Below, in pieces: positions 30,572 through 43,110 of a DNA stretch of 64,000 bases. Origin of the DNA: an uncultured Fibrobacteria bacterium (lineage in GTDB: Bacteria > Fibrobacterota > Fibrobacteria > UBA11236). The number at the start of each line of letters is the position of its first letter. Position 1 is the stretch's first letter. Below the pieces are notes generated by a model, which saw only the letters and a program-made list of their open reading frames with translations, was not told the origin of the DNA and ran no database searches. The translations under genes were made by a program, and so were the position numbers. The DNA is taken from positions 1,248,001 through 1,312,000 of the forward strand of contig OY970309.1 in assembly GCA_963716395.1 (NCBI GenBank), given 5' to 3'.

Positions 30572-31927
30572 ATGCGGACAAAGATCGGCGTCGTTCTATT
30601 TCTGTTTGGAGTATTGAAGGCGGCAGCGGCGATTCCCACCGATGTGACCTTCACGGATTATTTCGGCGGGCAGGTGACCTTTGTCCGGCCGCTATACTTC
30701 TCCGAAGTTCCCGGCAAAGACAGCAATTACGCCGTGCTGGAACAGCAGGGGATGGTGGATGTCGTATACCGGAGAAATGGAATCTGGGTGAAGGATACCC
30801 TGCTCAAAATCAATACGGCCTATTCGGCTGCAAATAATACGCTGGGATTGTTGGGCCTGGCGTTTGATCCGAACTTCACGACCAATCGGAAGTATTACCT
30901 GTTCTACAGCGTTTCCTCGGACACGAACATTCTGGTGGAAAGGCAAGTCGATACTTCACTGATGAAAGATGCCGGCACAGCTCCCGTTCGCTTGCTCAGC
31001 ATATCCGGCAGGGCCGCCACCAATAATAATGGCGGCAACATCGCTTTTGGTCCGAAGGATGGGTACTTGTACATCGGCGTTGGCGATGGCGGCTCTTTGA
31101 ATGGCGATGCGGTAAAAGTGGCGCAAAATAAGAGCAGTTTTCAGGGCAAATTTTTGCGCATCGACGTGAATTCCCAGGCCGGGGGAAAGCCGTATGCCAT
31201 TCCGCCGGATAATCCCTTTGTCGGCAATTCCGCCTACAGCCCGGAAATCTGGGCGCTGGGAGTACGCAGCCCGTGGCGGTGGAGTTTCGACGCGCTGAAC
31301 GATAATCTTTGGGTCGGGGAAGTGGGAAACAGTACCTGGGAAGAAGTCGATACGGTGATCAAAGGCGCCAATCTGGGGTGGAGCTATATGGAAGGGTTTG
31401 TCTGCCAGCCCGGCTTAACTTGCGCCTCTTCGGACACGGCAGGCGACGAACGCCCCATCTTCGCGTATGGTCATGCGAACGGTGACGATGCCATCATCGG
31501 GGGATATGTCTATCGCGGCAATTCGGCATCCCCGTTTTACGGCGTGTACTTTTACGGAGATAACGGCAGCGGGCATGTAAGAGCCTTGCGCGTGGTAAAC
31601 GGAGTGAAGCAGGATTCCGCAGTCATGCCCGGAACCATTCCGGGATTAAGCTCATTCGGCGAAGATGCGCAGGGCAATTTGTACGCCACCAGCGTCACCA
31701 CGAATCTGGTTTATCGATTCAATAGCCAGGATATGATTCCGGTTTCCGTCCGTGGACCGGCGCCGAAACGGGAGACCACGAAAATACTTTCGGGACAACA
31801 AGGATTTTCCGACCTGGAATTATACGACCTGCGAGGCGAACGAATTCAGGGGAAGCATATCGGCACCGGCCTCTATGTGGCCCCGGGAGCGGAAAGGAAT
31901 CCCTTCCTGGTGCCGGTGCTGCGGTGA
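30572..31927 (+). CDS. Secreted PQQ-dependent glucose/sorbosone dehydrogenase-family protein
   Basis: GLLGLAFDPNF, NGGNIAFGPKDGYLYIGVGDGGS, GKFLRID, PPDNPF, EIWALGVRSPWRWSFD. Confidence 0.88.
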   Translation: MRTKIGVVLFLFGVLKAAAAIPTDVTFTDYFGGQVTFVRPLYFSEVPGKDSNYAVLEQQGMVDVVYRRNGIWVKDTLLKINTAYSAANNTLGLLGLAFDPNFTTNRKYYLFYSVSSDTNILVERQVDTSLMKDAGTAPVRLLSISGRAATNNNGGNIAFGPKDGYLYIGVGDGGSLNGDAVKVAQNKSSFQGKFLRIDVNSQAGGKPYAIPPDNPFVGNSAYSPEIWALGVRSPWRWSFDALNDNLWVGEVGNSTWEEVDTVIKGANLGWSYMEGFVCQPGLTCASSDTAGDERPIFAYGHANGDDAIIGGYVYRGNSASPFYGVYFYGDNGSGHVRALRVVNGVKQDSAVMPGTIPGLSSFGEDAQGNLYATSVTTNLVYRFNSQDMIPVSVRGPAPKRETTKILSGQQGFSDLELYDLRGERIQGKHIGTGLYVAPGAERNPFLVPVLR

Positions 31928-31936
31928 CTTAAAACT

Positions 31937-32902
31937 TCAGGCTTGTTTAAGAATCAATTCCAACAAGCCGGCGATGGTAAAGCCTTCGGCTTCGGCTTGA
32001 AAGTTGAGTTGCACGCGGTGGTTGATGGCGGGCGGGAACAGCGAGGTCACGTCTTCTTCAATCGGGGTGGGGCGTCCGCGCAATAAGGCGCGGGCCTTGG
32101 CGGCCAGCACCAGGAATTGCGCGGCCCGGGGACCCGCCCCCCATTTCACGAATCGATGGGTCTCTTCGATGCGGTGATCCGAATCGGGACGCGTGGCGCG
32201 TGTAAGCCGCACGGCTTTTTCGTACACATGCTCCGAAACCGTCATGGCGTACACGCGCTCCTGCAATTCCAGAATCTGCGCTTGCGAAATGACCGGCGAC
32301 ACCACGGCATCGATTTTTTGCGAATGTTTTTTGACGATGGACATTTCGTCCTCAAACGACGGGTAATCCAAATGCAGGGCGAATAAAAAACGGTCGAGTT
32401 GGGCCTCGGGCAGCGGATAGGTTCCCTCCTGCTCGATGGGGTTTTGGGTGGCCAGCACCATAAACGGCTCGTCGAGTTTTTCCGTGCGTCCGAACAAAGT
32501 CACCGTGCGCTCCTGCATGGCCTGCAGCAAGGCGGCCTGGGTTTTGGGCGGCGTGCGGTTGATTTCGTCGGCCAGAAGAATTTGCGTGAACACCGGGCCT
32601 TTGATGAAGGCCAGTTCGCGCTGCCCCGTGGCCTTGTTCTCCTGCAGAATTTCATTGCCCAAAATATCGGCGGGCATGAGGTCGGGCGTGAATTGAATGC
32701 GGTTGAAGGGCAGGCTCAGCGATTGGGCGAAGGTGCGCACCAAGGAGGTTTTCGCCATGCCCGGCGGACCCACGAGCAGAACGTGCCCGCGGCAAAGCAA
32801 GGCGATGAAAATGTGTTCGAGCAACGCCTCTTGGCCGATGATGATTTTGGCGGCTTCGCTTTTGACCCGGGCGAACATTTCCGGGGCGTGGGTGGCGTTC
32901 AT
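31937..32902 (-). CDS. MoxR-family AAA+ ATPase
   Basis: GPPGMAKT, RIQFTPDLMPADI, LLADEINRTPPKTQAALL, ATQNPIEQEGTYPLPEAQLDRF. Confidence 0.95.
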   Translation of the reverse strand: MNATHAPEMFARVKSEAAKIIIGQEALLEHIFIALLCRGHVLLVGPPGMAKTSLVRTFAQSLSLPFNRIQFTPDLMPADILGNEILQENKATGQRELAFIKGPVFTQILLADEINRTPPKTQAALLQAMQERTVTLFGRTEKLDEPFMVLATQNPIEQEGTYPLPEAQLDRFLFALHLDYPSFEDEMSIVKKHSQKIDAVVSPVISQAQILELQERVYAMTVSEHVYEKAVRLTRATRPDSDHRIEETHRFVKWGAGPRAAQFLVLAAKARALLRGRPTPIEEDVTSLFPPAINHRVQLNFQAEAEGFTIAGLLELILKQA

Positions 32903-32916
32903 GGATGAAGCTTAAA

Positions 32917-33324
32917 TTAACCGGAAAGGCCGCCGGGGAATTTCTGGGCAAAACGTTCGCGCGTGAGCGCGCGCATCAAAGCATGCTGCGCCCGCATCAA
33001 ATCGATGTCTTTGGCCTGGGCCAGCCGTTTTTCCGCCCGTTCGCGCGCGGCCCGGGCACGCTCCACATCGATTTCGCCCGGACGTTCGGCCGAGTCGGAA
33101 AGCAGCACCGCGCGGTTGTGGCTGAACTCGAAGAAGCCGAAGCTGATGTGGAAGAAGTTTTTTTTCCGGCCGGCCGTCACGCAGACGTCGCCCGGAACCA
33201 GGCTCGATAGAATGGGGGCGTGGTTTTGCAGCACCTCGAAGCCGCCGGCTTCGCCCGGTACCGAAACGCTTTCGGCGTCGGCGTCGAACACGGTTTTCTC
33301 CGGCGTGAAAATTTGCAGATGCAT
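32917..33324 (-). CDS. atpC: ATP synthase F1 epsilon
   Basis: LQIFTPEK...GFEVLQNHAP; position in the operon. Confidence 0.95.
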   Translation of the reverse strand: MHLQIFTPEKTVFDADAESVSVPGEAGGFEVLQNHAPILSSLVPGDVCVTAGRKKNFFHISFGFFEFSHNRAVLLSDSAERPGEIDVERARAARERAEKRLAQAKDIDLMRAQHALMRALTRERFAQKFPGGLSG

Positions 33325-33326
33325 GC

Positions 33327-35644
<2,318 letters not shown>

Positions 35645-35662
35645 GCGTTCTGCTTCCGCTGC

Positions 35663-37195
35663 CTATTTCGCGTTAGCCACGAATTGCTTGGCGAAGTCGC
35701 CCAGCGCCGCCTTGATGCGGCCCGTCAACTCGTCGTCGAGTTTTTTCTTGGTTTCGATTTCGTCGAGCAGATTCCCGTGCCGAGCCCGCAAAAATTGCAG
35801 CATTTCCTGTTCGTAGCGTTCGATGTCGGGTACCGGCACCTCGTCGGTGAAACCCTGGTTGCCCGCGAAAATGACCAGGATGGTTTCGGCGATGCGGTAG
35901 GGCGCGTATTGGCCCTGGCGCAAGAGACGGGTCAGGCGTTCGCCGCGCGCCAACTGTTTTTGCGTGGTCTTGTCGAGGTCGGACGCGAATTGCGCGAAGG
36001 CCGCGAGTTCGCGGTATTGCGCCAAAGTGAGCCGCAGCGCGCCGGCCACCTGTTTGGTCGCCTTGATTTGTGCGTCGCCGCCCACGCGCGACACCGACAG
36101 GCCCACGTCGACGGCAGGGCGCTGGCCGCCGTTGAACATGTTGGCGTCGAGAAAAATTTGCCCATCCGTGATGGAGATCACGTTGGTGGGAATATAAGCC
36201 GACACGTCGCCGGCCTGGGTTTCGATGATGGGCAACGCGGTAAGCGAACCGCCGCCTTCTGCGGCCGACAGCTTGGCCGCGCGCTCCAGCAGGCGGCTGT
36301 GCAGGTAAAACACGTCACCGGGATAGGCCTCGCGGCCCGGCGGCCGCCGCAATAGCAGCGAGAGCTGCCGATAGGCCTGGGCCTGTTTGGTCAAATCATC
36401 ATAGATGAGCAGCGCATGCCCGCCTTTGGACATGAAGTATTCGCCCATGGTCACGCCGCAATAGGGCGCGAGATATTGCAGCGGGGCCGCATCCGAAGCG
36501 TTGGCGGCCACCACGCAGGTGTATTCCATGGCGCCGGACGCGCGCAGCTTTTCGACCACCATGGCGATGGTGCTCTGCTTCTGGCCAATGCCCACGTAAA
36601 TGCACATCACCCCTTTGCCTTTTTGGTTGATGATGGTGTCGAGGGCGATGGCGGTTTTTCCGGTTTTGCGGTCGCCGATGATGAGCTCGCGCTGGCCGCG
36701 GCCGATGGGGATCATGGTGTCGATGGCCTTGATGCCGGTTTCGAGCGACTCATGCACGTTCTGGCGGCGGATGATTCCCGGCGCCTTGAGCTCAATGGGG
36801 CGCGTTTGCGAATGGTCGAGCGCGGGCCCGCCGTCGATGGGTTCGCCCAAGGCGTTGATGACGCGGCCGAGCACGGTTTCGCCCACCGGCACTGAAGCGA
36901 TGGTTTTGGTGCGCACGACGGTGTCGCCCTCTTTGACGGCCGAGGCCGATCCCAGCAGGGCGATGCCCACGTCGTCGGCTTCGAGGTTGAGCACCAAGGC
37001 CGAAACCTTTCCGGAGGCGGCCTGCACTTCGACCAATTCGCCCGCCATCACCTGCGACAGCCCGAACACGCGGGCGATGCCGTCGCCGACCTGAAGAACG
37101 GTGCCGGTTTCCTGAGTTTCGCCGGCCAGCCCGAAGCCTTCGAGTTGTTTTTTCAGGATGGCGCTGATTTCATCGGGTTTGATTTGTGTGGTCAT
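35663..37195 (-). CDS. atpA: ATP synthase F1 alpha
   Basis: [36 protein letters not shown]. Confidence 0.98.
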   Translation of the reverse strand: MTTQIKPDEISAILKKQLEGFGLAGETQETGTVLQVGDGIARVFGLSQVMAGELVEVQAASGKVSALVLNLEADDVGIALLGSASAVKEGDTVVRTKTIASVPVGETVLGRVINALGEPIDGGPALDHSQTRPIELKAPGIIRRQNVHESLETGIKAIDTMIPIGRGQRELIIGDRKTGKTAIALDTIINQKGKGVMCIYVGIGQKQSTIAMVVEKLRASGAMEYTCVVAANASDAAPLQYLAPYCGVTMGEYFMSKGGHALLIYDDLTKQAQAYRQLSLLLRRPPGREAYPGDVFYLHSRLLERAAKLSAAEGGGSLTALPIIETQAGDVSAYIPTNVISITDGQIFLDANMFNGGQRPAVDVGLSVSRVGGDAQIKATKQVAGALRLTLAQYRELAAFAQFASDLDKTTQKQLARGERLTRLLRQGQYAPYRIAETILVIFAGNQGFTDEVPVPDIERYEQEMLQFLRARHGNLLDEIETKKKLDDELTGRIKAALGDFAKQFVANAK

Positions 37196-37204
37196 GAAGG
37201 GTTC

Positions 37205-37744
37205 CTAGGCGGCGAGTTTCTGCCGCAATGCGTTGAGCTGGTAGCGGAGGCTGGAGTCGGTGACGCGATCGTCTTCTTCGACGCGGAACCCGGCGATAAG
37301 GCCGGCATCCACGTCGTTGTGGAGCAGATAAGTGCGTCCCGGGGTGCCGGACGCGAGGCCTTGCGCCAGGTGCTGCAGTTGGGTTGCGGAGAGCGGGACG
37401 GCGCTGATCACGCGCGCGCGTTTCACGAGGCGCCGCTCCTCTTCCAAGCGCAGGTATTCGCTGCAAATGGCAAGGAGCAACGGGAGGCGCCGCTTGCTTT
37501 CCAACAGGCGCAACAGGCGCCGCACCCATTCCGAAGCGCGGTCGACCACGGGTTGCAAGAGCTGGGATTTTTTATCCGCAGACAGAGCCGGCATGGTCAG
37601 AGCGCGTTGGAGGCCGGGCGTGCGGGAAAGCAGGTCGAGGATCGCCTGAATTTCTTCTTGAATGAGGGCGGTTTGCTGATGCGCTTCCGCCACCGCGAGT
37701 AAGGTGCGCGCATAAACCGTGGCCGCTTTGTGGGAATGGGGCAT
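37205..37744 (-). CDS. atpH: ATP synthase F1 delta
   Basis: YARTL, SAVPLS, VDAGLIAGF...DSSLRYQL; position in the operon. Confidence 0.92.
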   Translation of the reverse strand: MPHSHKAATVYARTLLAVAEAHQQTALIQEEIQAILDLLSRTPGLQRALTMPALSADKKSQLLQPVVDRASEWVRRLLRLLESKRRLPLLLAICSEYLRLEEERRLVKRARVISAVPLSATQLQHLAQGLASGTPGRTYLLHNDVDAGLIAGFRVEEDDRVTDSSLRYQLNALRQKLAA

Positions 37745-37749
37745 AGGGT

Positions 37750-38295
37750 TCAGGTGCGGTGCGAAACTTCTTGGATAAGCTGATCCACCAAGGTGCGATT
37801 CTTGGTATCGTCGAGATTCTGGCGTACCAGTTTTTCGGCGATGCCGATGGATAGATCGGCCGTGGTACGACGGAGTTCGGCGATGGCCGCCTGCTTCGAG
37901 GCTTCAATTTCCTGCGCCGCCGAAGCCAGAATGCGCTTTTTTTCTTCGTGGGCCGCGGTTTCGAAGGTTTTCTTCAGGGCTTCGGCCGACTCGCGCGCGG
38001 TTTGCAGCACCTGGTTCGCCTGGTTCTTGGCTTCGATCAGCATGCGCTGCTGCTCTTCGGCCAGACGCGCGTTTTCGGCCTGGATGCGCGCCGCCTGATC
38101 CAGGCTGTTCTGCACGGCCTTATCGCGTGCGTCCAACGAAGCGAGAATGGGTTTCCACGCCACCTTCTTGAGCAAAAGCAACAGTAATGCGAAGGTGAAC
38201 AATGTCCACAAGCCCACGCCCGGGTCGAAGCGCAGCATCACGGGCATCTGGCTGTGTCCACCGGGGGCCTGTGTGCTTTCCTGTGTCGAGTTCAT
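37750..38295 (-). CDS. atpF: ATP synthase Fo subunit b
   Basis: PGVGLWTLFTF...KVAWKPILASLDAR followed by a coiled coil. Confidence 0.93.
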   Translation of the reverse strand: MNSTQESTQAPGGHSQMPVMLRFDPGVGLWTLFTFALLLLLLKKVAWKPILASLDARDKAVQNSLDQAARIQAENARLAEEQQRMLIEAKNQANQVLQTARESAEALKKTFETAAHEEKKRILASAAQEIEASKQAAIAELRRTTADLSIGIAEKLVRQNLDDTKNRTLVDQLIQEVSHRT

Positions 38296-38332
38296 GGGTT
38301 CCGCCTCATGGTGTCCTGGCGTTGCGCCGGGA

Positions 38333-38608
<276 letters not shown>

Positions 38609-39457
38609 TCAATGTTCCGGATGGATCGACATGCCGACAAACAGGCTGGACAGCAAGGTGAAGACGTAGGCCTGCAACAGCGCGACCAGAATGTCGATGA
38701 GATAGATGAAAATCGTGAAGGGCACCAAACCGATTGCCGAGGCGAACGACTTGAACACCACGATCAGACCCAAAAGGCTCAGGATGAGCACATGATCGGC
38801 GGTCATATTGGCGAAAAGACGAATGCACAGGGCGAAGGCCTTGGTGAAGATGCCCATGAGCTCGATGGGCGCAATGAGGATATAGATCGGCCAGGGCATG
38901 CCCTTGGGAAACATGAAGCTGAAATAACCGAGGGGGCCGCTGCGCACCATACCGGCGACATTGAAAACCACGAACGTCATCACCGCCAGCGCCGCCGTAA
39001 CATTTATGTTACCGGTGGCGCCCGGCACGCCGGGAATCAGCGGAATGAGATTCAGAATGAGGATGAAGAAAAACAGGGTGAGAAAGAAGGGCAGCCATTT
39101 TTTGGTGTTTTCTTCGCCGAGATTGGGTTTGACGACTTCGTCGCGCACGAAGACCACGATCACTTCGATCAAAGTGCCCCAACGACCGATGGGGGCCAAG
39201 CCCTTACGGCGCGCCGCGGGAATGAGCAGCGCGACGAGCAGCACAGCCCCGAGCAGCATGGTCAATACGTGCAGGGAAATCGAAAGATCCAATCCCCCCA
39301 TCTTCCAGTGATCCGGCAAATGGAACACCGGGCCACCCCAGGGGGCGCGCCATGCGTAGCCGTTGCCGATGTGGTGCATCATGAACTCGCCGAGGTCTTC
39401 GGAGGCGCCGGCCGCGGAGGCCAGCAGCAACATCGGAATCCCCAACCATTTTTTCAT
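38609..39457 (-). CDS. atpB: ATP synthase Fo subunit a
   Basis: ATGNINVT, IRLFANM, LQAYVFTLL; start MKKWLG at 39457 overlaps the upstream stop. Confidence 0.95.
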   Translation of the reverse strand: MKKWLGIPMLLLASAAGASEDLGEFMMHHIGNGYAWRAPWGGPVFHLPDHWKMGGLDLSISLHVLTMLLGAVLLVALLIPAARRKGLAPIGRWGTLIEVIVVFVRDEVVKPNLGEENTKKWLPFFLTLFFFILILNLIPLIPGVPGATGNINVTAALAVMTFVVFNVAGMVRSGPLGYFSFMFPKGMPWPIYILIAPIELMGIFTKAFALCIRLFANMTADHVLILSLLGLIVVFKSFASAIGLVPFTIFIYLIDILVALLQAYVFTLLSSLFVGMSIHPEH

Positions 39458-39825
39458 TGCCGCACCGCCCACCAGCGCGACACATGCCGGATTTCGAGGA
39501 TTTGGAAGGCCACGTAGGCGGCCATGGCCGAAAACACGAAACTCAAGGCCTGGGCGCGTTCGGGATGGAAGACCGCGGCGGCCACCGCCAACAGCGCGCC
39601 CAAGGCTAATAGCCGCGCCGCCATTGAGGCGAGAATGACGCGTACGGGTTCCCAGCCCAAGTGCAGATGTAAAACTCCCACGGCGGCCAGGGCGTTTATC
39701 GCCATGAGCCCCAGGGCCGCAAAACCTGGGGCCAGGCGATAGGCCGGCAGCAGGTGCGAACACAGCGCCGCCACCAGACACAGCACCCCCAAATATGCCA
39801 CCACGGATTTCGTGAATGAGATCAA
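39454..39825 (-). CDS. AtpI-like four-TM membrane protein
   Basis: Four hydrophobic helices, located between atpZ-like gene and atpB. Confidence 0.65.
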   Translation of the reverse strand: MISFTKSVVAYLGVLCLVAALCSHLLPAYRLAPGFAALGLMAINALAAVGVLHLHLGWEPVRVILASMAARLLALGALLAVAAAVFHPERAQALSFVFSAMAAYVAFQILEIRHVSRWWAVRQ

Positions 39826-39987
39826 GAAAAATCCCGTTTTGAACGGCAGGGAACGATAGCAAGGGCAAGGCCGGATTCACAGGTGAATCCGGAATATTCG
39901 CCGGTTTTGCGGGGAGGTTTCAGCGTTGAAATGATCCGTCACAGTTGTGCGGAAATTGTCAGTCGTACAGAGGGTGGACCGGAAAAT

Positions 39988-40209
39988 TTACGGCTTTTTC
40001 CGGTCCAGTTTGCCGATTATCCTCAGCACGGTATATCCGGATCCGATGAGTCCCAAAATCGCTCCGCCGATGACTCCAACGGGAAACCGGGTAAAATGGC
40101 GGTCGCACCAGTGTCCGAGCAAGACGCCCCCGGCCATCCATACCGCCAAGGTGGTGCCCAAGCCCAGCAGGAGACCCAAGGCGGAAGCCGCATTTTTGTC
40201 CGCAGTCAT
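39988..40209 (-). CDS. AtpZ/AtpI-family two-TM protein
   Basis: GVLLGHWCDRHF..FP.G...G..LG pattern. Confidence 0.85.
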   Translation of the reverse strand: MTADKNAASALGLLLGLGTTLAVWMAGGVLLGHWCDRHFTRFPVGVIGGAILGLIGSGYTVLRIIGKLDRKKP

Positions 40210-40283
40210 GGGCGAGTCCGGTGCGTCGGCCCAGGTAATTTGCGTGTTACTGGAGATTGCGCCGGCTTCGGTCGGCCGGGCTT

Positions 40284-40655
40284 TTAGCCGGGAACATGGA
40301 CGTCCATCGCGCAGCGCCCCTGGAACAGGGCACCTTCCTGAATCACCAGCTCGCGGGTTTCGAGATCGCCCATCAGCACCGATTTGGTTTCGAGCACCAG
40401 TCGCTCCTGCATATGGATATTGCCCTTTAATTGTCCGGCCAAGGTGGCCGAGCGGCCGCTGACATCGCCTTCGATGGATCCTGTCGCGCCCAGCACCAAG
40501 GTGCCGCCCACCGAAACCGTGCCTTTGATGGAACCTTCAACCCGGAGATCCTGCTCGACCGCGATTTCACCGGTGATGCGGGTTCCCTCGCAAATGAAGG
40601 TAATGCTGGCGGTGGTGCTTTTGGTCATGGCAAAGCCTTTCTCGGCGTGGTTCAT
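40284..40655 (-). CDS. Bactofilin (polymer-forming cytoskeletal protein)
   Basis: TFICEGTRITGEI...LRVEGSIKGTV...GDL...LVIQEGALFQGRCAM beta-helix. Confidence 0.92.
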   Translation of the reverse strand: MNHAEKGFAMTKSTTASITFICEGTRITGEIAVEQDLRVEGSIKGTVSVGGTLVLGATGSIEGDVSGRSATLAGQLKGNIHMQERLVLETKSVLMGDLETRELVIQEGALFQGRCAMDVHVPG

Positions 40656-41461
40656 TGCAAATAGGGGAGTGGATCCACCGGTTTTCCATTCAAAATAATT
40701 TCAAAGTGAAGATGCGGGCCCAGGCTTCGCCCCGTACTTCCCACCAGGCCGATGGCCGTTCCCTTTTGTACCTGGTCCCCGGGCTGCACGAACACCGAAG
40801 CGAGGTGGCCGTAAACCGTTTCCACCTGGGGATCATGGCTGATGCGCACAAAGCGCCCGAGATCGTTGTCCCACCCGGCAGCGGTGACTACGCCTTTGGC
40901 GGCGCTCACCACGATGGTGTTTTCGGCGGCCAGAATGTCAATCCCATCATGGCGGCCCTCGGGTCCGCCGCGTGAAAAGGGTTGGCTGACGATACCGTTG
41001 ACCGGCCAGATATCGGGATGTCGAGCCCGCAGGTTGGCCAGCCCGGTGTCGGATTTCCGTTCCGCCGCCCTGACATTGTCAAGATAGCGGGCGAGATTTC
41101 CGGTCCAACCCGGAACCGCGGGCGGCGCCTCGATGGAGTCGGCCGGCGGCTGCGCCAGAAAGGCCTGGAGAATTTCGCGGATCGCCTTCTCCTTCTCCCC
41201 TACCGCGGCGAGTTCGCGTTCGAGCAGGGCCATTTTCTTCTGCTGCTCCATCAATTCCTGGTTGCGCACGGCCAGATGGTTGGCCAGCAGCACCTTACCC
41301 TGGATTTGCGTGATCTTCACGGCCGCGAACCCCATGGCGAACAGGGCGATAATGCTGGTGTAAAACAGGAATTCGAAGAAGCGGTAACGCAATTTGAGGG
41401 TCCAGGCCACGCTGGAGTCGTCGGGGAAAATTTGAATGGTAACGAAGCGTCTTTTCGCCAT
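40652..41461 (-). CDS. Membrane-anchored M23 metallopeptidase with coiled coil
   Basis: N-terminal FVTIQIFP, TM helix, coiled coil, HDGID, YGHL, STGRSLGPHLHFE. Confidence 0.92.
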   Translation of the reverse strand: MAKRRFVTIQIFPDDSSVAWTLKLRYRFFEFLFYTSIIALFAMGFAAVKITQIQGKVLLANHLAVRNQELMEQQKKMALLERELAAVGEKEKAIREILQAFLAQPPADSIEAPPAVPGWTGNLARYLDNVRAAERKSDTGLANLRARHPDIWPVNGIVSQPFSRGGPEGRHDGIDILAAENTIVVSAAKGVVTAAGWDNDLGRFVRISHDPQVETVYGHLASVFVQPGDQVQKGTAIGLVGSTGRSLGPHLHFEIILNGKPVDPLPYLQ

Positions 41462-41485
41462 GTCCGGCCGCGAAGGGATTCGCGC

Positions 41486-42337
41486 TCAAGACGACCGGCC
41501 GCGCGCCTGGCGCAACCAATGCATCAAATTGTTAATGTCGTCACGATTCATATAATGAATTTCCAGCACACCCTTGCGCGCTCCGCCCCGGAGCGTCACC
41601 TTCAATCCCAGCAAATGGCGCAGCTCTTCCAGTACGGCACGCGCATTGGGATCCGCGGGTTGGGTCGGGGGTGCCGCTTTCTTCTGCTTCTCGGCGGCGC
41701 GCACGTTCAGGGCCGTATCCAGGATGGTACGGGCGTGTTTGATCTGCTCGGAGCCCTCGGACTGCAACAGGGCGCGCCCATGTCCCGCCGAGAGCTTGCC
41801 TTCGCGCAGCCATTGCTGCACTTGCGGTTCGAGCCGCAGCAGGCGCAGGGTATTGGTCACCGCCGATCGGCTTTTCCCCACCCGATCGGCGATTTCTTCA
41901 TGGGTCATACCGCAGATGTTGGCAAGTTGCTCGTAGGCCTTGGCTTCTTCCACGGGATTCAATTGCACCCGCTGGATGTTTTCCACCAAGGCCAGCTCCA
42001 TCATATCGCGATCCGAAATTTGATCGCGTACGATGGCGGGAATGCGGTCCCGTTTCAGATGCTGAAAAGCGCGAAAGCGGCGTTCCCCGGCGACGATTTG
42101 AAAGCCCGAGGCATGCTTCCGCAGCAAAATGGGTTGCAGCAACCCCTTTTGCGCGATGGAATCGGAGAGTTCCCGCAAATCGTCGGCGGAAAATTCGTGT
42201 CGGGGCTGAAACGGATTGGCCGTTATTAAACTCAACTCGATCTCCTGCACCGCTTCGCCGGTTGCGGGATCGACGACTTCGGTGCCGAGATGGGCGAAGA
42301 TCGACTCCAAGCCTTTACCCAAAGCGCGGCGCGTCAT
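41486..42337 (-). CDS. parB: Chromosome partitioning protein ParB
   Basis: LGKGL, NPFQPR, GLLQPI, AGERRFRA, ENIQR. Confidence 0.96.
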   Translation of the reverse strand: MTRRALGKGLESIFAHLGTEVVDPATGEAVQEIELSLITANPFQPRHEFSADDLRELSDSIAQKGLLQPILLRKHASGFQIVAGERRFRAFQHLKRDRIPAIVRDQISDRDMMELALVENIQRVQLNPVEEAKAYEQLANICGMTHEEIADRVGKSRSAVTNTLRLLRLEPQVQQWLREGKLSAGHGRALLQSEGSEQIKHARTILDTALNVRAAEKQKKAAPPTQPADPNARAVLEELRHLLGLKVTLRGGARKGVLEIHYMNRDDINNLMHWLRQARGRSS

Positions 42338-43110
42338 ATTGCGTGGTCGAGAATTTCTTTGGCCAGCTCCATATAGCGCACCGCGCCCAAGGAAATGGCG
42401 TCATACAGAATGATGGGTTTTCCGAACGAGGGCGCTTCGCTGAGCTTTACGCTGCGGGGAATGATGGTTTTGAAAACCTTTTCCGAAAAAGTCGACTGTA
42501 CGTCGTCGACCACCTGTTTGGAAAGATTGAGACGGCTGTCATACATGGTGAGCAAGGCGCCTTCGATGGTCAATTTGGGATTGGTGCTTTGCTGCACGAG
42601 GCGAATGGTGTTCAACAATTCCGCCAGACCCTGCAGGGCGTAATACTCGCATTGAATCGGAATCATCACCGAGTGGGCCGCCGTCAGTACGTTCACGGTC
42701 AGCATGTTCAAGCTGGGGGGTGAATCGATAAAAATGAAATCGTAGTTGTTCTTGATGGGCGCCAGGATTCGGGTCAATCTTTTTTCCCGCTGGTCTTCTT
42801 GTATCAACCGAACTTCCAGCCCGGAAAGCGAGCGCGAGCTTGGAAATAAGTCCAAATAAGGCATGCTCGTTTTTTTTACGAATTTCGATACACGCTCGGC
42901 ATTGACGTCTTGCTCCGCCAAAAGCATGGCATCATAAATGTCTTCATCCAGCGATCCGTCGAAGCCCAAACCCTGGGTGGAATTCGACTGGGGATCCATA
43001 TCCACCAACAAAGTTCGCTTTTCCATGGCCGCCATGGCCGCAGAAACATTGACGCAGGTTGTGGTTTTTCCGACTCCGCCTTTTTGGTTGCAGGCGGCGA
43101 TGATTTTCAC
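42334..43110 (-). CDS. parA: Chromosome partitioning ATPase ParA/Soj
   Basis: NQKGGVGKTTT, DMDPQSN, DSPPSL, QCEYYAL, EAPSFGKP. Confidence 0.96.
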   Translation of the reverse strand: MKIIAACNQKGGVGKTTTCVNVSAAMAAMEKRTLLVDMDPQSNSTQGLGFDGSLDEDIYDAMLLAEQDVNAERVSKFVKKTSMPYLDLFPSSRSLSGLEVRLIQEDQREKRLTRILAPIKNNYDFIFIDSPPSLNMLTVNVLTAAHSVMIPIQCEYYALQGLAELLNTIRLVQQSTNPKLTIEGALLTMYDSRLNLSKQVVDDVQSTFSEKVFKTIIPRSVKLSEAPSFGKPIILYDAISLGAVRYMELAKEILDHAI

